Assembly (NCBI GenBank): GCA_039798085.1
Contig: JBDKGR010000001.1
Coordinates: 2,147-66,146, forward strand
DNA: 64,000 nt
Source: Pseudomonadota bacterium
Lineage (GTDB): Bacteria > Pseudomonadota > Gammaproteobacteria > Burkholderiales > Burkholderiaceae_C
Direction of reading: 5' to 3'
A program made the position numbers and the translations under genes. The notes under the pieces were generated by a model. The model did not search any database and was not told the DNA's origin. It worked only from the letters and a program-made list of their open reading frames with translations. Within the stretch, counting starts at the first letter, position 1, and each line of letters opens with the position of its first letter. Positions 10,788-21,016 of the stretch are shown here, in pieces.

Positions 10788-11534
10788 TTATCCACAAACC
10801 GAACAATGCGGATTGCGTTGGAGGCGAATATCCGACCATTCCATGCTGCGCCCCTCCAACATCAACAAGCGCCCAACGGTGGGCGTACCAGCACCACTGA
10901 GGAGTTTGAGCGCTTCCGCTGCCTGCATACTGCCGATAATTCCGACCAAGGGCGCAAATACGCCCATCGTGGCACAACGTGTTTCTTCCAAAGCCGCATC
11001 GGATGGAAAAACGCAGGCGTAGCAAGGGGATGTGGGTTGCCGAGCATCGTAAACTGCCAACTGTCCATCCCAGCGCACCGCAGCACCCGAGACCAGTGGC
11101 ACACCGTGTTCCACGCACGCCTGATTCAAGGCATGGCGGGTGATGAAGTTATCGCTACAGTCTAAAACCACATCCGAATCGGCAACCAACGCCCTAAGAC
11201 GTTCGGTATGGGCGCGTTCGTGTAGGGTGATGATGTTCAGCTCAGAATTCAATGCCGTCAGTGTTTGGCGGGCAGATTCCACTTTGGATTGCCCCGTGCG
11301 GGCTTCGGTGTGGATAATTTGGCGTTGCAAATTGGTTAAATCCACATGGTCGTTATCGACCAAGGTTAAGCGCCCGATGCCTGCACTGGCTAAATACAAG
11401 GCCGCCGGAGAACCCAAGCCCCCCACACCTACCACCAAGGCGCGGGATTGCATGATTTTCTCCTGTCCCTCGATGCCCAATTCATCAAGCAGAATGTGGC
11501 GGGAATAGCGTAAAAGTTGGGAATCGTTCATCAA
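10788..11534 (-). CDS. moeB: HesA/MoeB/ThiF family adenylyltransferase
   Basis: RYSRHILL, GVGGLG, NLQRQ, CYAC and a terminal CSVC. Confidence 0.88.
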   Translation of the reverse strand: MMNDSQLLRYSRHILLDELGIEGQEKIMQSRALVVGVGGLGSPAALYLASAGIGRLTLVDNDHVDLTNLQRQIIHTEARTGQSKVESARQTLTALNSELNIITLHERAHTERLRALVADSDVVLDCSDNFITRHALNQACVEHGVPLVSGAAVRWDGQLAVYDARQPTSPCYACVFPSDAALEETRCATMGVFAPLVGIIGSMQAAEALKLLSGAGTPTVGRLLMLEGRSMEWSDIRLQRNPHCSVCG

Positions 11535-11573
11535 TCGTTCATCAATCGTTTATTTATTCGTTTATTTATTCGT

Positions 11574-13073
11574 TTATTTTTTATTTTTCGTTTTTTTACC
11601 ACGGATTACGGGTAAGCCCTTCAAATAGTTTAAGGCTTGTATCAACTGAAAATCATCGGATGATCCTACCAAAGGATTTATTAATTTTCGTTTGATGAGA
11701 GGTTTTTGTTCTTCTTCTTCTAATCGGGCGAGGATTTTTTCACGCACCAACTGACGCGCCTGTTGTTGTGCTTTGTCCGCTATTACCTCGGCAGGGGATT
11801 TTTTTTCTACATCCTGATCATTGGGAAGGTGGTTGTGCAATTCGGATTCATACACCTGCAATAGGGAATAAAAGTTGCCTTTTTCCGTTTCATCCAGCAG
11901 CACATCAGGCACAAGACCTTTCGCTTGAATGGAGCGACCGCTGGGCAGGTAATAACGTTCAACGGTGAATTGAAACCCAGTGCCCGCCCCCAATCCATAA
12001 AACGTTTGTACCAACCCTTTGCCAAAGGTGGTGTTGCCCATCAGAGTGGCACGTTGATAATCCTGCAACGCACCCGCCACCACTTCGCTGGCAGAGGCCG
12101 AACCTTCATTCACCAGAACAACCATAGGAACGGTTTGGAGGATGACCGGAAATCTCTGGCGCGATGTTTTCAACGTTCGGTTGCTACCCCATGCACGCCC
12201 TTTGGTGCGCATGACGACCGTATTTTCCGGCAAAAAAGCAGAGGAAAGGGTGATAGCAGAACTCACCAATCCTCCCGGGTTGCCTCGCAAATCCAGCACC
12301 AATCCTTGAGGATGCGGATTTTCCTTATAAAGTGCGTTCATTTTTTGGGTGAAATCTTTCACCATGCCCTCATCAAAATCGTTGATATACACCCAAGCAA
12401 AGCCCGGTGCTATCCATTTGGTGCGCACTTGTGGCCACCTAATGTCTTCCCGATTCATGACCACGGTAAAGGTGCGATGCTCTTTTTTGCGAAATACCGT
12501 CAGGCGCAATCCGCTTTTGGATGTGCTGCGCAGTTGCTGGATCACATGGCTGTATGTCTGCCACTGAACGGATATGCCACCCACATGGGTAATCAAATCC
12601 TCGGGTTGCAAGCCTGCACGGCGAGCGGGAGAGTTTTCAACTATTTCACCAATTTTCAGCCAACCATCCTCCACTTTTTCCAGTTTGATTCCTGTGCCCA
12701 TCATCCGATTGGGTGTGCCTTTGAATTTTTTGAATTCTTTTGGGCCCAAATAATAAGAATGGGGTTCAAGGTGATTCACCATACCGGAAATGGCTCCGTC
12801 AATGAGTTGTTTATTGCTCACCGAATCGGCATATTCATTCTTCAACAGATTAAAAACGGTTATCAGTTGGAATAATTCTTCGGGGTAGTGGGTGAAAACG
12901 TGAAAAACCGTGGTCAATGACCGCACGGTTTGGGATACCCTTTCCATTGATCTCGAACTGGGTTCTAGCTCTGTGTCCGATTCATATTCGTACCCATAAT
13001 ACGATGCCCACATACCCAAAGCCACGCAAAAACTGAACCACACCACCGTTTTGAGTTGTTGCCACATTGCCAC
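11574..13073 (-). CDS. S41 family C-terminal processing peptidase, divergent paralogue
   Basis: PDZ region, DLRGNPGG, NEGSASASE (catalytic Ser) and FGKG (catalytic Lys); shares near-identical DNA blocks with the upstream S41 gene. Confidence 0.88.
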   Translation of the reverse strand: MAMWQQLKTVVWFSFCVALGMWASYYGYEYESDTELEPSSRSMERVSQTVRSLTTVFHVFTHYPEELFQLITVFNLLKNEYADSVSNKQLIDGAISGMVNHLEPHSYYLGPKEFKKFKGTPNRMMGTGIKLEKVEDGWLKIGEIVENSPARRAGLQPEDLITHVGGISVQWQTYSHVIQQLRSTSKSGLRLTVFRKKEHRTFTVVMNREDIRWPQVRTKWIAPGFAWVYINDFDEGMVKDFTQKMNALYKENPHPQGLVLDLRGNPGGLVSSAITLSSAFLPENTVVMRTKGRAWGSNRTLKTSRQRFPVILQTVPMVVLVNEGSASASEVVAGALQDYQRATLMGNTTFGKGLVQTFYGLGAGTGFQFTVERYYLPSGRSIQAKGLVPDVLLDETEKGNFYSLLQVYESELHNHLPNDQDVEKKSPAEVIADKAQQQARQLVREKILARLEEEEQKPLIKRKLINPLVGSSDDFQLIQALNYLKGLPVIRGKKTKNKK

Positions 13074-13167
13074 ATTGTCACAATATCATAGAAAATAAAA
13101 AATTAATAACAAATAAATAACAAATAAATAACAACAACTTTTTACAATGGGTTCGTACAATTATTTT

Positions 13168-14637
13168 TTAGTAGTTATCTTCTTTATCTTTATCCTTGGA
13201 TTTTTCTTTGCGTTCTACTTGGGTTTTACTCACCACAACCGCCACACCTTTGAGGTGATTTAAGGCTTGAATCAACTGGAAATCTTTGGGCGATCCAAAT
13301 TCAGGGGGTTTGCGATCGGCGGGGGATTTGCGTGATTCTTCATCCAAGCGTTTCATGGCTTCTTCACGGGCTTTTTCTTGGGCTTTTTCTTTCTCAGGGT
13401 CTTTCACCTCTTCGCCTTGACCGCTGGTGATATGCTTACCCAAATCGGCTTCCCGCATCCGCAGAGCGGCGTAAGGGCTACCTTCTGCGGTATCGTCCAC
13501 TAACACGTCGGGCACAATCCCTTTGGCTTGGATGGAGCGTCCATTGGGTGTGTAATAACGTGCCGTGGTAATTTTCAAACCCGTATCAGGCCCCAGCGGA
13601 CGGAATGTTTGTACCGAACCCTTGCCAAATGTTTGGCTACCCATGATGACGGAACGTTTGTAATCTTGCAACGCACCCGCCACAATTTCGCTGGCAGAGG
13701 CCGAACCTTCATTCACCAGCACCACCATCGGAATTTTCTTGAGGGCTGCGGGGAGTTTTTTGATGGGATCAGGGGAACCATCGCGTGCCGAATAATCTCG
13801 GACATTCGTTTTCAAGATTTGCTTGCTGTCTTGTGTTTGCCCGTTGGTCGTAACCACCGTCACATTGGCGGGCAAGAAAGCGGCAGAAATAGCCACTGCT
13901 GCATTCAATAATCCCCCCGGATCGTTGCGCAAATCCAAAACCAAACCTTTGATATTAGGGTCTTGTTTATAGAGTTCTTCTATTTTGCGGGAAAAATCTT
14001 CCACCGTACGTTCTTGAAATTGGCTAATGCGCACCCAAGCGTAACCGGGTTCCACCACTTTGGCGCGTACCGATTGCTGCTTGATTTCTTCCCGAATGAT
14101 GGTGACGGGAAAGGTGCGATTTTCGTCCTTGCGAAATATCGTCAAAATCACCTTGGTTTGGGGTTCTCCGCGCATTTTTTTCACGGCTTCGGTCAAACTC
14201 AATCCTTTGACGGCGGTGTCATCAACGCGCGTAATCAAATCGTTGGTTTTCAATCCAGCACGAAAGGCGGGCGAGCCTTCAATCGGGCTGACGACTTTGA
14301 CCAAACCGTCTTCCATATTCACTTCCAAACCCACGCCGACAAATCTGCCGGATGTGCCTTCTTTGAATTCTTTGAACGCTTTTTTATCAAAGTATTGTGA
14401 ATGCGGATCAAGGCTTGTCACCATGCCGGAAATGGCTTCGGTGATGAGTTTTCGCTCATCCACCGGTTCCACATAATCACTTTTCAGGATACTGAAAACT
14501 GCTGCCAACTGCTGCAATTCTTCCAGTGGCAAGGGGGACATGGCACTACGCGCAACCGTTTGCAACGATACCGAAGTCAGTGCCCCTGCTATCACGCCAA
14601 TACCAATCCAACCTGCAATTTTCAGTTTTTGACCCAT
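13168..14637 (-). CDS. ctpA: S41 family carboxy-terminal processing protease
   Basis: LDPHS, PDZ domain, DLRNDPGG, SASASE and GKGSVQ; canonical position downstream of gpmA. Confidence 0.93.
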   Translation of the reverse strand: MGQKLKIAGWIGIGVIAGALTSVSLQTVARSAMSPLPLEELQQLAAVFSILKSDYVEPVDERKLITEAISGMVTSLDPHSQYFDKKAFKEFKEGTSGRFVGVGLEVNMEDGLVKVVSPIEGSPAFRAGLKTNDLITRVDDTAVKGLSLTEAVKKMRGEPQTKVILTIFRKDENRTFPVTIIREEIKQQSVRAKVVEPGYAWVRISQFQERTVEDFSRKIEELYKQDPNIKGLVLDLRNDPGGLLNAAVAISAAFLPANVTVVTTNGQTQDSKQILKTNVRDYSARDGSPDPIKKLPAALKKIPMVVLVNEGSASASEIVAGALQDYKRSVIMGSQTFGKGSVQTFRPLGPDTGLKITTARYYTPNGRSIQAKGIVPDVLVDDTAEGSPYAALRMREADLGKHITSGQGEEVKDPEKEKAQEKAREEAMKRLDEESRKSPADRKPPEFGSPKDFQLIQALNHLKGVAVVVSKTQVERKEKSKDKDKEDNY

Positions 14638-14650
14638 TTTGCGTACCTTT

Positions 14651-15394
14651 TTAGACTTTGCCTTGTGATGCTACTGCCGCTGCTGCCTGCGCAATTGCGT
14701 GTGCATCGCCCAAATAATAATGGCGAATCGGCTTGAGTTCGGCATCCAATTCGTAAACCAAAGGAATTCCGTTCGGGATATTCAAACCTACGATGTCCGA
14801 ATCGGAAATTCCATCCAGATATTTCACCAGTGCGCGAATCGAATTGCCATGTGCAGCGATGATGATACGCTTACCGCTCAAGATGGTGGGGGCAATGGTA
14901 TCGTTCCAAAACGGTAAAACCCGTGCAACCGTATCTTTTAAGCATTCGGTAAGAGGGATTTGTTCCGCTTGCAAAGTTTGGTAACGAATGTCACCACGTT
15001 CGCTACGGGCATCGGTCGGCTCAAGGGCGGGTGGGGGCGTATCGTAGCTGCGTCGCCATTGCAGCACTTGCGCTTCGCCAAATTGTTTCGCCATGTCGAT
15101 TTTGTTCAACCCTTGCAACGCACCATAATGGCGTTCGTTCAAGCGCCACGAATGAACCACGGGCAACCATGTCCGATCCATCGCATCCAAGCAATGCCAC
15201 AGCGTGCGGGTGGCGCGTTGGAGGACGCTGGTGTAAGCCAAATCGAATTCGTAATGTTCCGCCTTCAGGAGGCGACCCGCGTTTAACGCTTGTTCTACGC
15301 CCGTGGGGGTGAGATCAACATCCGTCCATCCGGTAAAACGATTTTCAAGATTCCAAGTAGATTCGCCGTGGCGAACAAGAACGAGTTGGTACAT
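14651..15394 (-). CDS. gpmA: 2,3-bisphosphoglycerate-dependent phosphoglycerate mutase
   Basis: [21 protein letters not shown] and AHGNS. Start placed at MYQLVL (15394). Confidence 0.97.
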   Translation of the reverse strand: MYQLVLVRHGESTWNLENRFTGWTDVDLTPTGVEQALNAGRLLKAEHYEFDLAYTSVLQRATRTLWHCLDAMDRTWLPVVHSWRLNERHYGALQGLNKIDMAKQFGEAQVLQWRRSYDTPPPALEPTDARSERGDIRYQTLQAEQIPLTECLKDTVARVLPFWNDTIAPTILSGKRIIIAAHGNSIRALVKYLDGISDSDIVGLNIPNGIPLVYELDAELKPIRHYYLGDAHAIAQAAAAVASQGKV

Positions 15395-15474
15395 AAATAC
15401 ATCAATAAGTAAGAGCAAAACAGCCGTCATTCTAAAATGCCGTATCCCTAACCTACTCACTAACAAGGAATAAA

Positions 15475-15882
15475 GTGAAATTCATTCTCGATAATTGGAT
15501 GTTGATTGCGATTGCCGTTACATCCGGCGCGCTGCTTTTGTTGCCCATCATTCAAGGCGCTGTCGCTGCGGGACTTGATCCGAGCAGCGCGGTTCAACTC
15601 ATTAACCGTGAAAAAGCCGTTGTAGTGGATGTGTGTGAGCCTTCCGAATATGCTGCGGGACACATCAGCGGCGCGAAAAATATCCCCCTCGCGGATTTGG
15701 AGAAAAAACTCCCCACCAGCGTCAAAAATAAAAAACTGCCACTGATTTTGGTGTGCCAATCGGGAATGCGCTCCAACCGCGCAGTCGCCATTGCAAAAAA
15801 ACTGGGCTACGAACAAGCCCAATCCCTCGGCGGTGGCTTGGCAAGCTGGCGTTCGGCAAATCTGCCCGTAGAAAAGGCGTAA
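15475..15882 (+). CDS. Rhodanese-like membrane protein (YibN-like)
   Basis: N-terminal TM segment, GHISGA and VCQSGMRS; precedes grxC-secB-gpsA. Confidence 0.9.
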   Translation: MKFILDNWMLIAIAVTSGALLLLPIIQGAVAAGLDPSSAVQLINREKAVVVDVCEPSEYAAGHISGAKNIPLADLEKKLPTSVKNKKLPLILVCQSGMRSNRAVAIAKKLGYEQAQSLGGGLASWRSANLPVEKA

Positions 15883-15892
15883 AGGCGTAACG

Positions 15893-16159
15893 ATGCAAAA
15901 AACTATGCAGCCTGTAACCATGTACACCACAGCGGTGTGCCCGTATTGCGTCCAAGCCAAGCGCGTTTTACTCGCCAAGGGCGTGAAAGAAATTCACGAA
16001 ATACGCATTGACTTAGAGCCGCAGCAGCGCAGCCAGATGATGGAACGCACCCAACGCCGCACCGTCCCCCAAATTTTTATCGGCGATACCCATGTCGGTG
16101 GTTGCGATGATTTGATGGCGTTGGATAGGCGCGGCGGTTTAGTCCCCTTGTTGGGCTGA
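15893..16159 (+). CDS. grxC: Glutaredoxin 3
   Basis: CPYC, TVPQIFI and GGCDDL. Confidence 0.95.
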   Translation: MQKTMQPVTMYTTAVCPYCVQAKRVLLAKGVKEIHEIRIDLEPQQRSQMMERTQRRTVPQIFIGDTHVGGCDDLMALDRRGGLVPLLG

Positions 16160-16207
16160 CATAATCCGCAATTCAATTCAATTCAATTTTTTTTGAAAGA
16201 TCACAAC

Positions 16208-16714
16208 ATGACAACGCAAGCTAACCAAGCAGATCGAGCCAATCAAGCAGATCAAAATCCCGTTTTTGCCATTCAACGTGTGTACCTTAAAGGTGCGTCT
16301 TTGGAGCAACCCAATTCCCCCACTATTTTGTTGGAACAAGAGCAACCTTCCTTGGATATGCAGCTTGGCGTACAAGCCCATCCTGTATCGGAAGGCGTAT
16401 TTGAAGTGGTGATTACCGCCACCGTTCACACCAAAATCAAAGAAAAAACCGTGTTCTTGGTAGAAGTACAACAAGCCGGTATCTTTGAAATTCGCAATGT
16501 GCCCCAAGACCAAATGCCCCAAATTTTGGGTATTGCTTGCCCGCAAATCGTGTACCCCTACTTGCGTGGCAATACGGCGGATTTGATTCAACGCGCTGGT
16601 TTCCCACCCGTCCATTTGACCGAAATTAACTTCCAATCCATGTACGAGCAACAACTCGCCCAGCAAATGGCGCAAATGGGACAACCTCAAGCTGGTAGCA
16701 ATCTGACCCAGTAA
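16208..16714 (+). CDS. secB: Protein-export chaperone SecB
   Basis: [17 protein letters not shown] and [10 protein letters not shown]; ATG at 16208. Confidence 0.96.
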   Translation: MTTQANQADRANQADQNPVFAIQRVYLKGASLEQPNSPTILLEQEQPSLDMQLGVQAHPVSEGVFEVVITATVHTKIKEKTVFLVEVQQAGIFEIRNVPQDQMPQILGIACPQIVYPYLRGNTADLIQRAGFPPVHLTEINFQSMYEQQLAQQMAQMGQPQAGSNLTQ

Positions 16715-16728
16715 TAAAAAAATAAAAA

Positions 16729-17775
16729 ATGAAAATCGTTGTTTTAGGAGGCGGTGCGTGGGGAACCGCGCTTGCCATCAACGCCGCCACTCACAGTACG
16801 CATGACGTGACGTTGTGGGTACGCAATGCCGATCAAGCCGCCAGTATGCGGGCACATGGTGAAAATCGGCGCTATTTGGCGGGTGTTTCGCTTCCTCACA
16901 ATGTGTCCATTCATTCCGAGCTATTCGCGCCCGAATCGCAATGGGTGAATGCCTTGCAATCCGACGATTTACTCATTATTGCCACACCCATGTCGGCATT
17001 GCGTGATTTTTTGACCGCATTGCACCAATGCCAATGTAAAGCCCCAATCGCATGGCTGTGCAAAGGTTTTGAAATGGGTGTTGGTACAGAAAAAGGGCTG
17101 CTAGGGCACGAAATACAAGCGTTGGTAGCTCCTAATTTAAGAGCAGGCGTTCTCAGCGGCCCGAGTTTTGCGCAGGAAGTCGCTACGGGACAACCGACTG
17201 CCTTGGTCGCCGCCAGTGTGCATTCCGATGTGCGCGATGCCTTGGTCGCTGCTTTTCACAATTCCAGCCTGCGCGTATATGCCAATGACGACATCGTCGG
17301 CGTAGAAGTAGGCGGTGCGGTGAAAAATGTGCTGGCGATTGCCACCGGATTGTGCGATGGTCTGCAACTCGGCTTAAACGCCCGCGCCGCGTTGATTACC
17401 CGAGGTTTGGCAGAAATGACCCGCCTCGGAATCGCTTTGGGTGCGCGTTCGGAAACCTTTATGGGATTGAGCGGATTGGGCGATTTGGTTTTAACCGCAA
17501 CGGGCGATTTATCGCGCAATCGCCGTGTGGGGATGGCGTTGGCGCAAGGCAAAACGCAACAAGAAGCCACTGAAATGCTCGGACACGTTGCCGAGGGCGT
17601 GTACAGCGCCCGTACCGTGGTACAACGGGCGCAGAGCGTGGGGGTTCAGATGCCCATCGCGCAATGTGTGGTCGATTTGCTTGATGGGCGTTTGCACGCT
17701 GCACAAGCCGTGCAGCAGTTGATGGCGCGTTATCCTGCTTCTGAAACGTTTGCCGAAACTTTGGCAGTAATGTGA
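16729..17775 (+). CDS. gpsA: NAD(P)H-dependent glycerol-3-phosphate dehydrogenase
   Basis: [22 protein letters not shown] and GLGDLVLT...SRN. Confidence 0.96.
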   Translation: MKIVVLGGGAWGTALAINAATHSTHDVTLWVRNADQAASMRAHGENRRYLAGVSLPHNVSIHSELFAPESQWVNALQSDDLLIIATPMSALRDFLTALHQCQCKAPIAWLCKGFEMGVGTEKGLLGHEIQALVAPNLRAGVLSGPSFAQEVATGQPTALVAASVHSDVRDALVAAFHNSSLRVYANDDIVGVEVGGAVKNVLAIATGLCDGLQLGLNARAALITRGLAEMTRLGIALGARSETFMGLSGLGDLVLTATGDLSRNRRVGMALAQGKTQQEATEMLGHVAEGVYSARTVVQRAQSVGVQMPIAQCVVDLLDGRLHAAQAVQQLMARYPASETFAETLAVM

Positions 17776-20336
17776 GCCAACGCTTCTTCGACCTGATCGA
17801 CCAAAATTAGGCACAATTCTCCGGCTTGGAGCTTGTCCATTGCCACATCAATGGCGCGGAATTCACCTTGGATTTCGCTGCATTCGGTGGTGCGTTGGGC
17901 ATTGGCTAACCCTTGGCGTAGCAAGGCAAGCACTTCCCCATCGGCGCGACCGCGTTGGCATTGGTCTTCGTAAAGAATCACTTCGTCAAACGCTGCGCCC
18001 AAAATTTCGGTTTGCTGGCGAATATCTTGATCTCGGCGATCTCCCGCCCCGCTAATCACCACCGATCGGCGGCTGGCAGGTATTGCTTCCACTGCCTGCA
18101 CCAGTGCGAGCATGGCATCGGGGTTGTGACCGTAATCGGCGATGACGGTTGCGCCTCGGTACTGAAACAGGTTGAAACGTCCTTGCGCGTTGTCGGTGTC
18201 GTTGGAAAAGTTGGCGAGTCCGGCTTCAATCGTTTCCCACGGCAAACCCAGAGCCCACGCTGCGGCGATGGATGCCATCGTGTTTTCGACCTGAAAGCTA
18301 ATCACTCCGCCCAGCGTGACGGGGATGTTTGCCAAAGCGATACGGTGTACAAAATTCCTTTTGCTAGCGACGATATACCCCTTATCCACGTACACCACCG
18401 CCAGCCCTTGGGCGCGATGCGTTGCCATGACGGGGTGGTATTGATCCATTGCAAAGAAAATCACGCTGCCTCGGCATTTGCTTGCCATGATGGAGACGTT
18501 GCTATCGTTCGCATTCAACACCGCCGTACCCGTGGGCGCGACGTTTTGCACAATCACGCGCTTCAAAACGGCAAGTTCCTGCACCGTGGTGATGTAATTC
18601 AGCCCTAAATGGTCGCCACTGCCGATATTCGTTACGACTGCGACATCGCAACGGTCAAACGCCAACCCTTCGCGCAATACACCGCCGCGTGCGGTTTCGA
18701 GCACGGCTGCATCTACATCGGGGTGCAACAGCACGCTGCGGGCGCTTTTGGGGCCGCTGCAATCACCCGTGTCGATGCAGGTCGTACCAGCCTGATTCAC
18801 GATATACACGCCATCGGTGTTCGTCATACCCACGCACAAGCCTTTTTGGGTGAGCAAGTGCGAAATCAGGCGCACGGTGGTGGTTTTGCCATTCGTTCCC
18901 GTTACCGCGACGATGGGAATACGTCCGTTTTGTCCATTCTTGAACATACTAGAAACAATCGCTTCCCCCACCGCCCGCCCTTTGCCGAACGAGGGCGCTA
19001 TGTGCATCCGCAGCCCCGGCGCAGCATTCACTTCGACGACACCACCGCCTTGGTCTTCGAGGGGACGCAAAATGCTATCGGACACCACATCCACCCCGCA
19101 AATATCCAAACCCACCATGTGCGCAGCGGCAATGGCACGGGCAGCGACTTCGGGGTGAACATCATCGGTCACATCGGTGGCGGAACCACCGGTGGACAAA
19201 TTCGCGTTATTGCGCAGATTTACGCGCTGACCTTTGGCAGGAATCGTTTCCGGTGTTACGCCTTGGTGCGCGAGGCAGGTTAAGGCAATATCGTCGATGC
19301 GGATTTTGGTTAAAGAGGTGGAATGTCCCGAACCCCGACGCGGATCAAGATTCACCTGCGCGACCAATTCTGCCACCGTGTGAACCCCATCGCCTACCAC
19401 TTTGGGCGGATCGCGGCGGGCGGCGGCGACCAATTTATCGCCGACCACCAGCAGGCGGTAATCGTTGCCCGGCATATAGCGTTCGACCAAAATATCATCG
19501 CGGAACTCGGTGGCGATGGCGTAGGCTTGGGTGAGATGTTCTTTGCTGGTGATATTGACGGTTACGCCTTTGCCCTGATTCCCATCTTTGGGTTTGACGA
19601 CCACGGCAACCTGCGGAAAGCCAATTTCACACGCAGCCTTATACGCATCTTCGGCATCCGTGACGGCACGCCCTGTGGGAACCGGCACGCCCGCTGCGGT
19701 CAGCAATTTTTTGGTGAGTTCTTTGTCTTGCGCAATGGATTCGGCAATCGCGCTGGTAACGTCCATTTCAGCGGCTTGAATCCGGCGCTGTTGGCTACCC
19801 CAGCCAAAACGCACCATGCTGCCCTCGGTCATGCGGCTGTAGGGAATACCGCGTGCCACTGCTGCATCCACAATGCAGCCCGTGCTAGGGCCTAGGCGCA
19901 CGTCTTCGTCTAATTCGCGCAGTTGTTCAAGGGCGGCGTGCAAATCAAAAGGTGTATCGCCCCATGCCGATTGGCACAAACTTTCTGCCAATTCCAATGC
20001 CAAGCGTCCTACGGCTTCTTCGCTGTATTCCACCACCATTTGATAGACGTTTTCCTCCACCGTCGCTACCGTGCAACTAAATGTCACAGGGCAGCCCGCC
20101 TGCGCTTGAAAGCCCAGTGCGGCTAATTCCAGCACGCGCACCAAAGGAATCACATCATCATGCCCAATGGGTTGAAACGAGGCAATTTCAGGAAACCGCG
20201 CACGAACGCGCGTCTCAAAGCCAGAGAGGGTGTCAATCGAACATTCCTCGCCGCTACACGTCACCACCGCTTGAATAGCGGTGTGGTGACTCCAAAGATT
20301 AGGCCCACGCAGGGCGCGAATACGGGTTACTTGCAT
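17730..20336 (-). CDS. cphA: Cyanophycin synthetase (ATP-grasp plus Mur-ligase domains)
   Basis: [42 protein letters not shown] and DYGHN. Start placed at MQVTRI (20336). Confidence 0.93.
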   Translation of the reverse strand: MQVTRIRALRGPNLWSHHTAIQAVVTCSGEECSIDTLSGFETRVRARFPEIASFQPIGHDDVIPLVRVLELAALGFQAQAGCPVTFSCTVATVEENVYQMVVEYSEEAVGRLALELAESLCQSAWGDTPFDLHAALEQLRELDEDVRLGPSTGCIVDAAVARGIPYSRMTEGSMVRFGWGSQQRRIQAAEMDVTSAIAESIAQDKELTKKLLTAAGVPVPTGRAVTDAEDAYKAACEIGFPQVAVVVKPKDGNQGKGVTVNITSKEHLTQAYAIATEFRDDILVERYMPGNDYRLLVVGDKLVAAARRDPPKVVGDGVHTVAELVAQVNLDPRRGSGHSTSLTKIRIDDIALTCLAHQGVTPETIPAKGQRVNLRNNANLSTGGSATDVTDDVHPEVAARAIAAAHMVGLDICGVDVVSDSILRPLEDQGGGVVEVNAAPGLRMHIAPSFGKGRAVGEAIVSSMFKNGQNGRIPIVAVTGTNGKTTTVRLISHLLTQKGLCVGMTNTDGVYIVNQAGTTCIDTGDCSGPKSARSVLLHPDVDAAVLETARGGVLREGLAFDRCDVAVVTNIGSGDHLGLNYITTVQELAVLKRVIVQNVAPTGTAVLNANDSNVSIMASKCRGSVIFFAMDQYHPVMATHRAQGLAVVYVDKGYIVASKRNFVHRIALANIPVTLGGVISFQVENTMASIAAAWALGLPWETIEAGLANFSNDTDNAQGRFNLFQYRGATVIADYGHNPDAMLALVQAVEAIPASRRSVVISGAGDRRDQDIRQQTEILGAAFDEVILYEDQCQRGRADGEVLALLRQGLANAQRTTECSEIQGEFRAIDVAMDKLQAGELCLILVDQVEEALAHITAKVSANVSEAG

Positions 20337-20482
20337 GGTAGCCGCTCCGATAATAAGGTCGTTACAAAGGGCTGCATGGTAGCAAATCCCATTTTTACTA
20401 CAGCGCCACGCATAATTGATTACCATTAAGGTCGCTTTTGAAGCGTAGTAATCGTTGTAATCGTTGTAATCCTAGTAACGCT

Positions 20483-20944
20483 ATGCCTATGTCACCAATC
20501 GAAAACATTGAAAACATTGAAAACATTGCAAATCTTGTGTATGTCTCCAGTGCGGCATTACCTATCACGCGGGATAAGCTCCTTCATGTGTTGGAACGAT
20601 CTCGACAGCGCAACAAAGAACACCACGTTACCGGTGTTTTATTATTTGATGCGGGCAACTTTATGCAGTTTATCGAAGGACCTGCGGCGGGTTTGGAAAT
20701 TATTTACCACCACATTAAGCATGATCCGTTGCACACTGGCATCATCGAATTGTCCCGAGAAACCAGCCATGAACGCATTTTTGACCAATGGGCAATGGGC
20801 TTTCGGGCATTTAACGATGTCGAAATCAGCGATTCGTGGTTGTACGATGAACTCTTGGAAGCAAAAGTAACCCATCACATACGAGATACCAGTTCCGCCG
20901 CTATTTTGCTGCACGGGTTTTGGTCTCGTGGTTTAAGAAAATAG
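20483..20944 (+). CDS. Stand-alone BLUF (blue-light sensing using FAD) protein
   Basis: LVYVS (Tyr), RNKEHHVTGVLL, FMQFIEG (Gln), DPLH and WAMGF (Trp/Met). Confidence 0.9.
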   Translation: MPMSPIENIENIENIANLVYVSSAALPITRDKLLHVLERSRQRNKEHHVTGVLLFDAGNFMQFIEGPAAGLEIIYHHIKHDPLHTGIIELSRETSHERIFDQWAMGFRAFNDVEISDSWLYDELLEAKVTHHIRDTSSAAILLHGFWSRGLRK

Positions 20945-20950
20945 ATAAAT

Positions 20951-21000
20951 AAGCTCCTAACGCCCGTGGAATAAGCGTTAGCAGCTCCTAAATAAATAGC
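20951..21000 (-). repeat. Dispersed ~50-bp quasi-palindromic repeat, intergenic copy between convergent BLUF and cphA' genes
   Basis: The reverse complement gctatttatttaggagctgctaacgcttattccacgggcgtta matches copy 1 at about 34/43 positions (hand count) and contains the hairpin gctcctaacgc...gcgttagcagc. Confidence 0.85.
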
Positions 21001-21016
21001 AGCAACAACAGCAAAA

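Noticed and set aside
11925-12875. 316-aa plus-strand ORF
   Set aside because: Antisense to the S41 paralogue.
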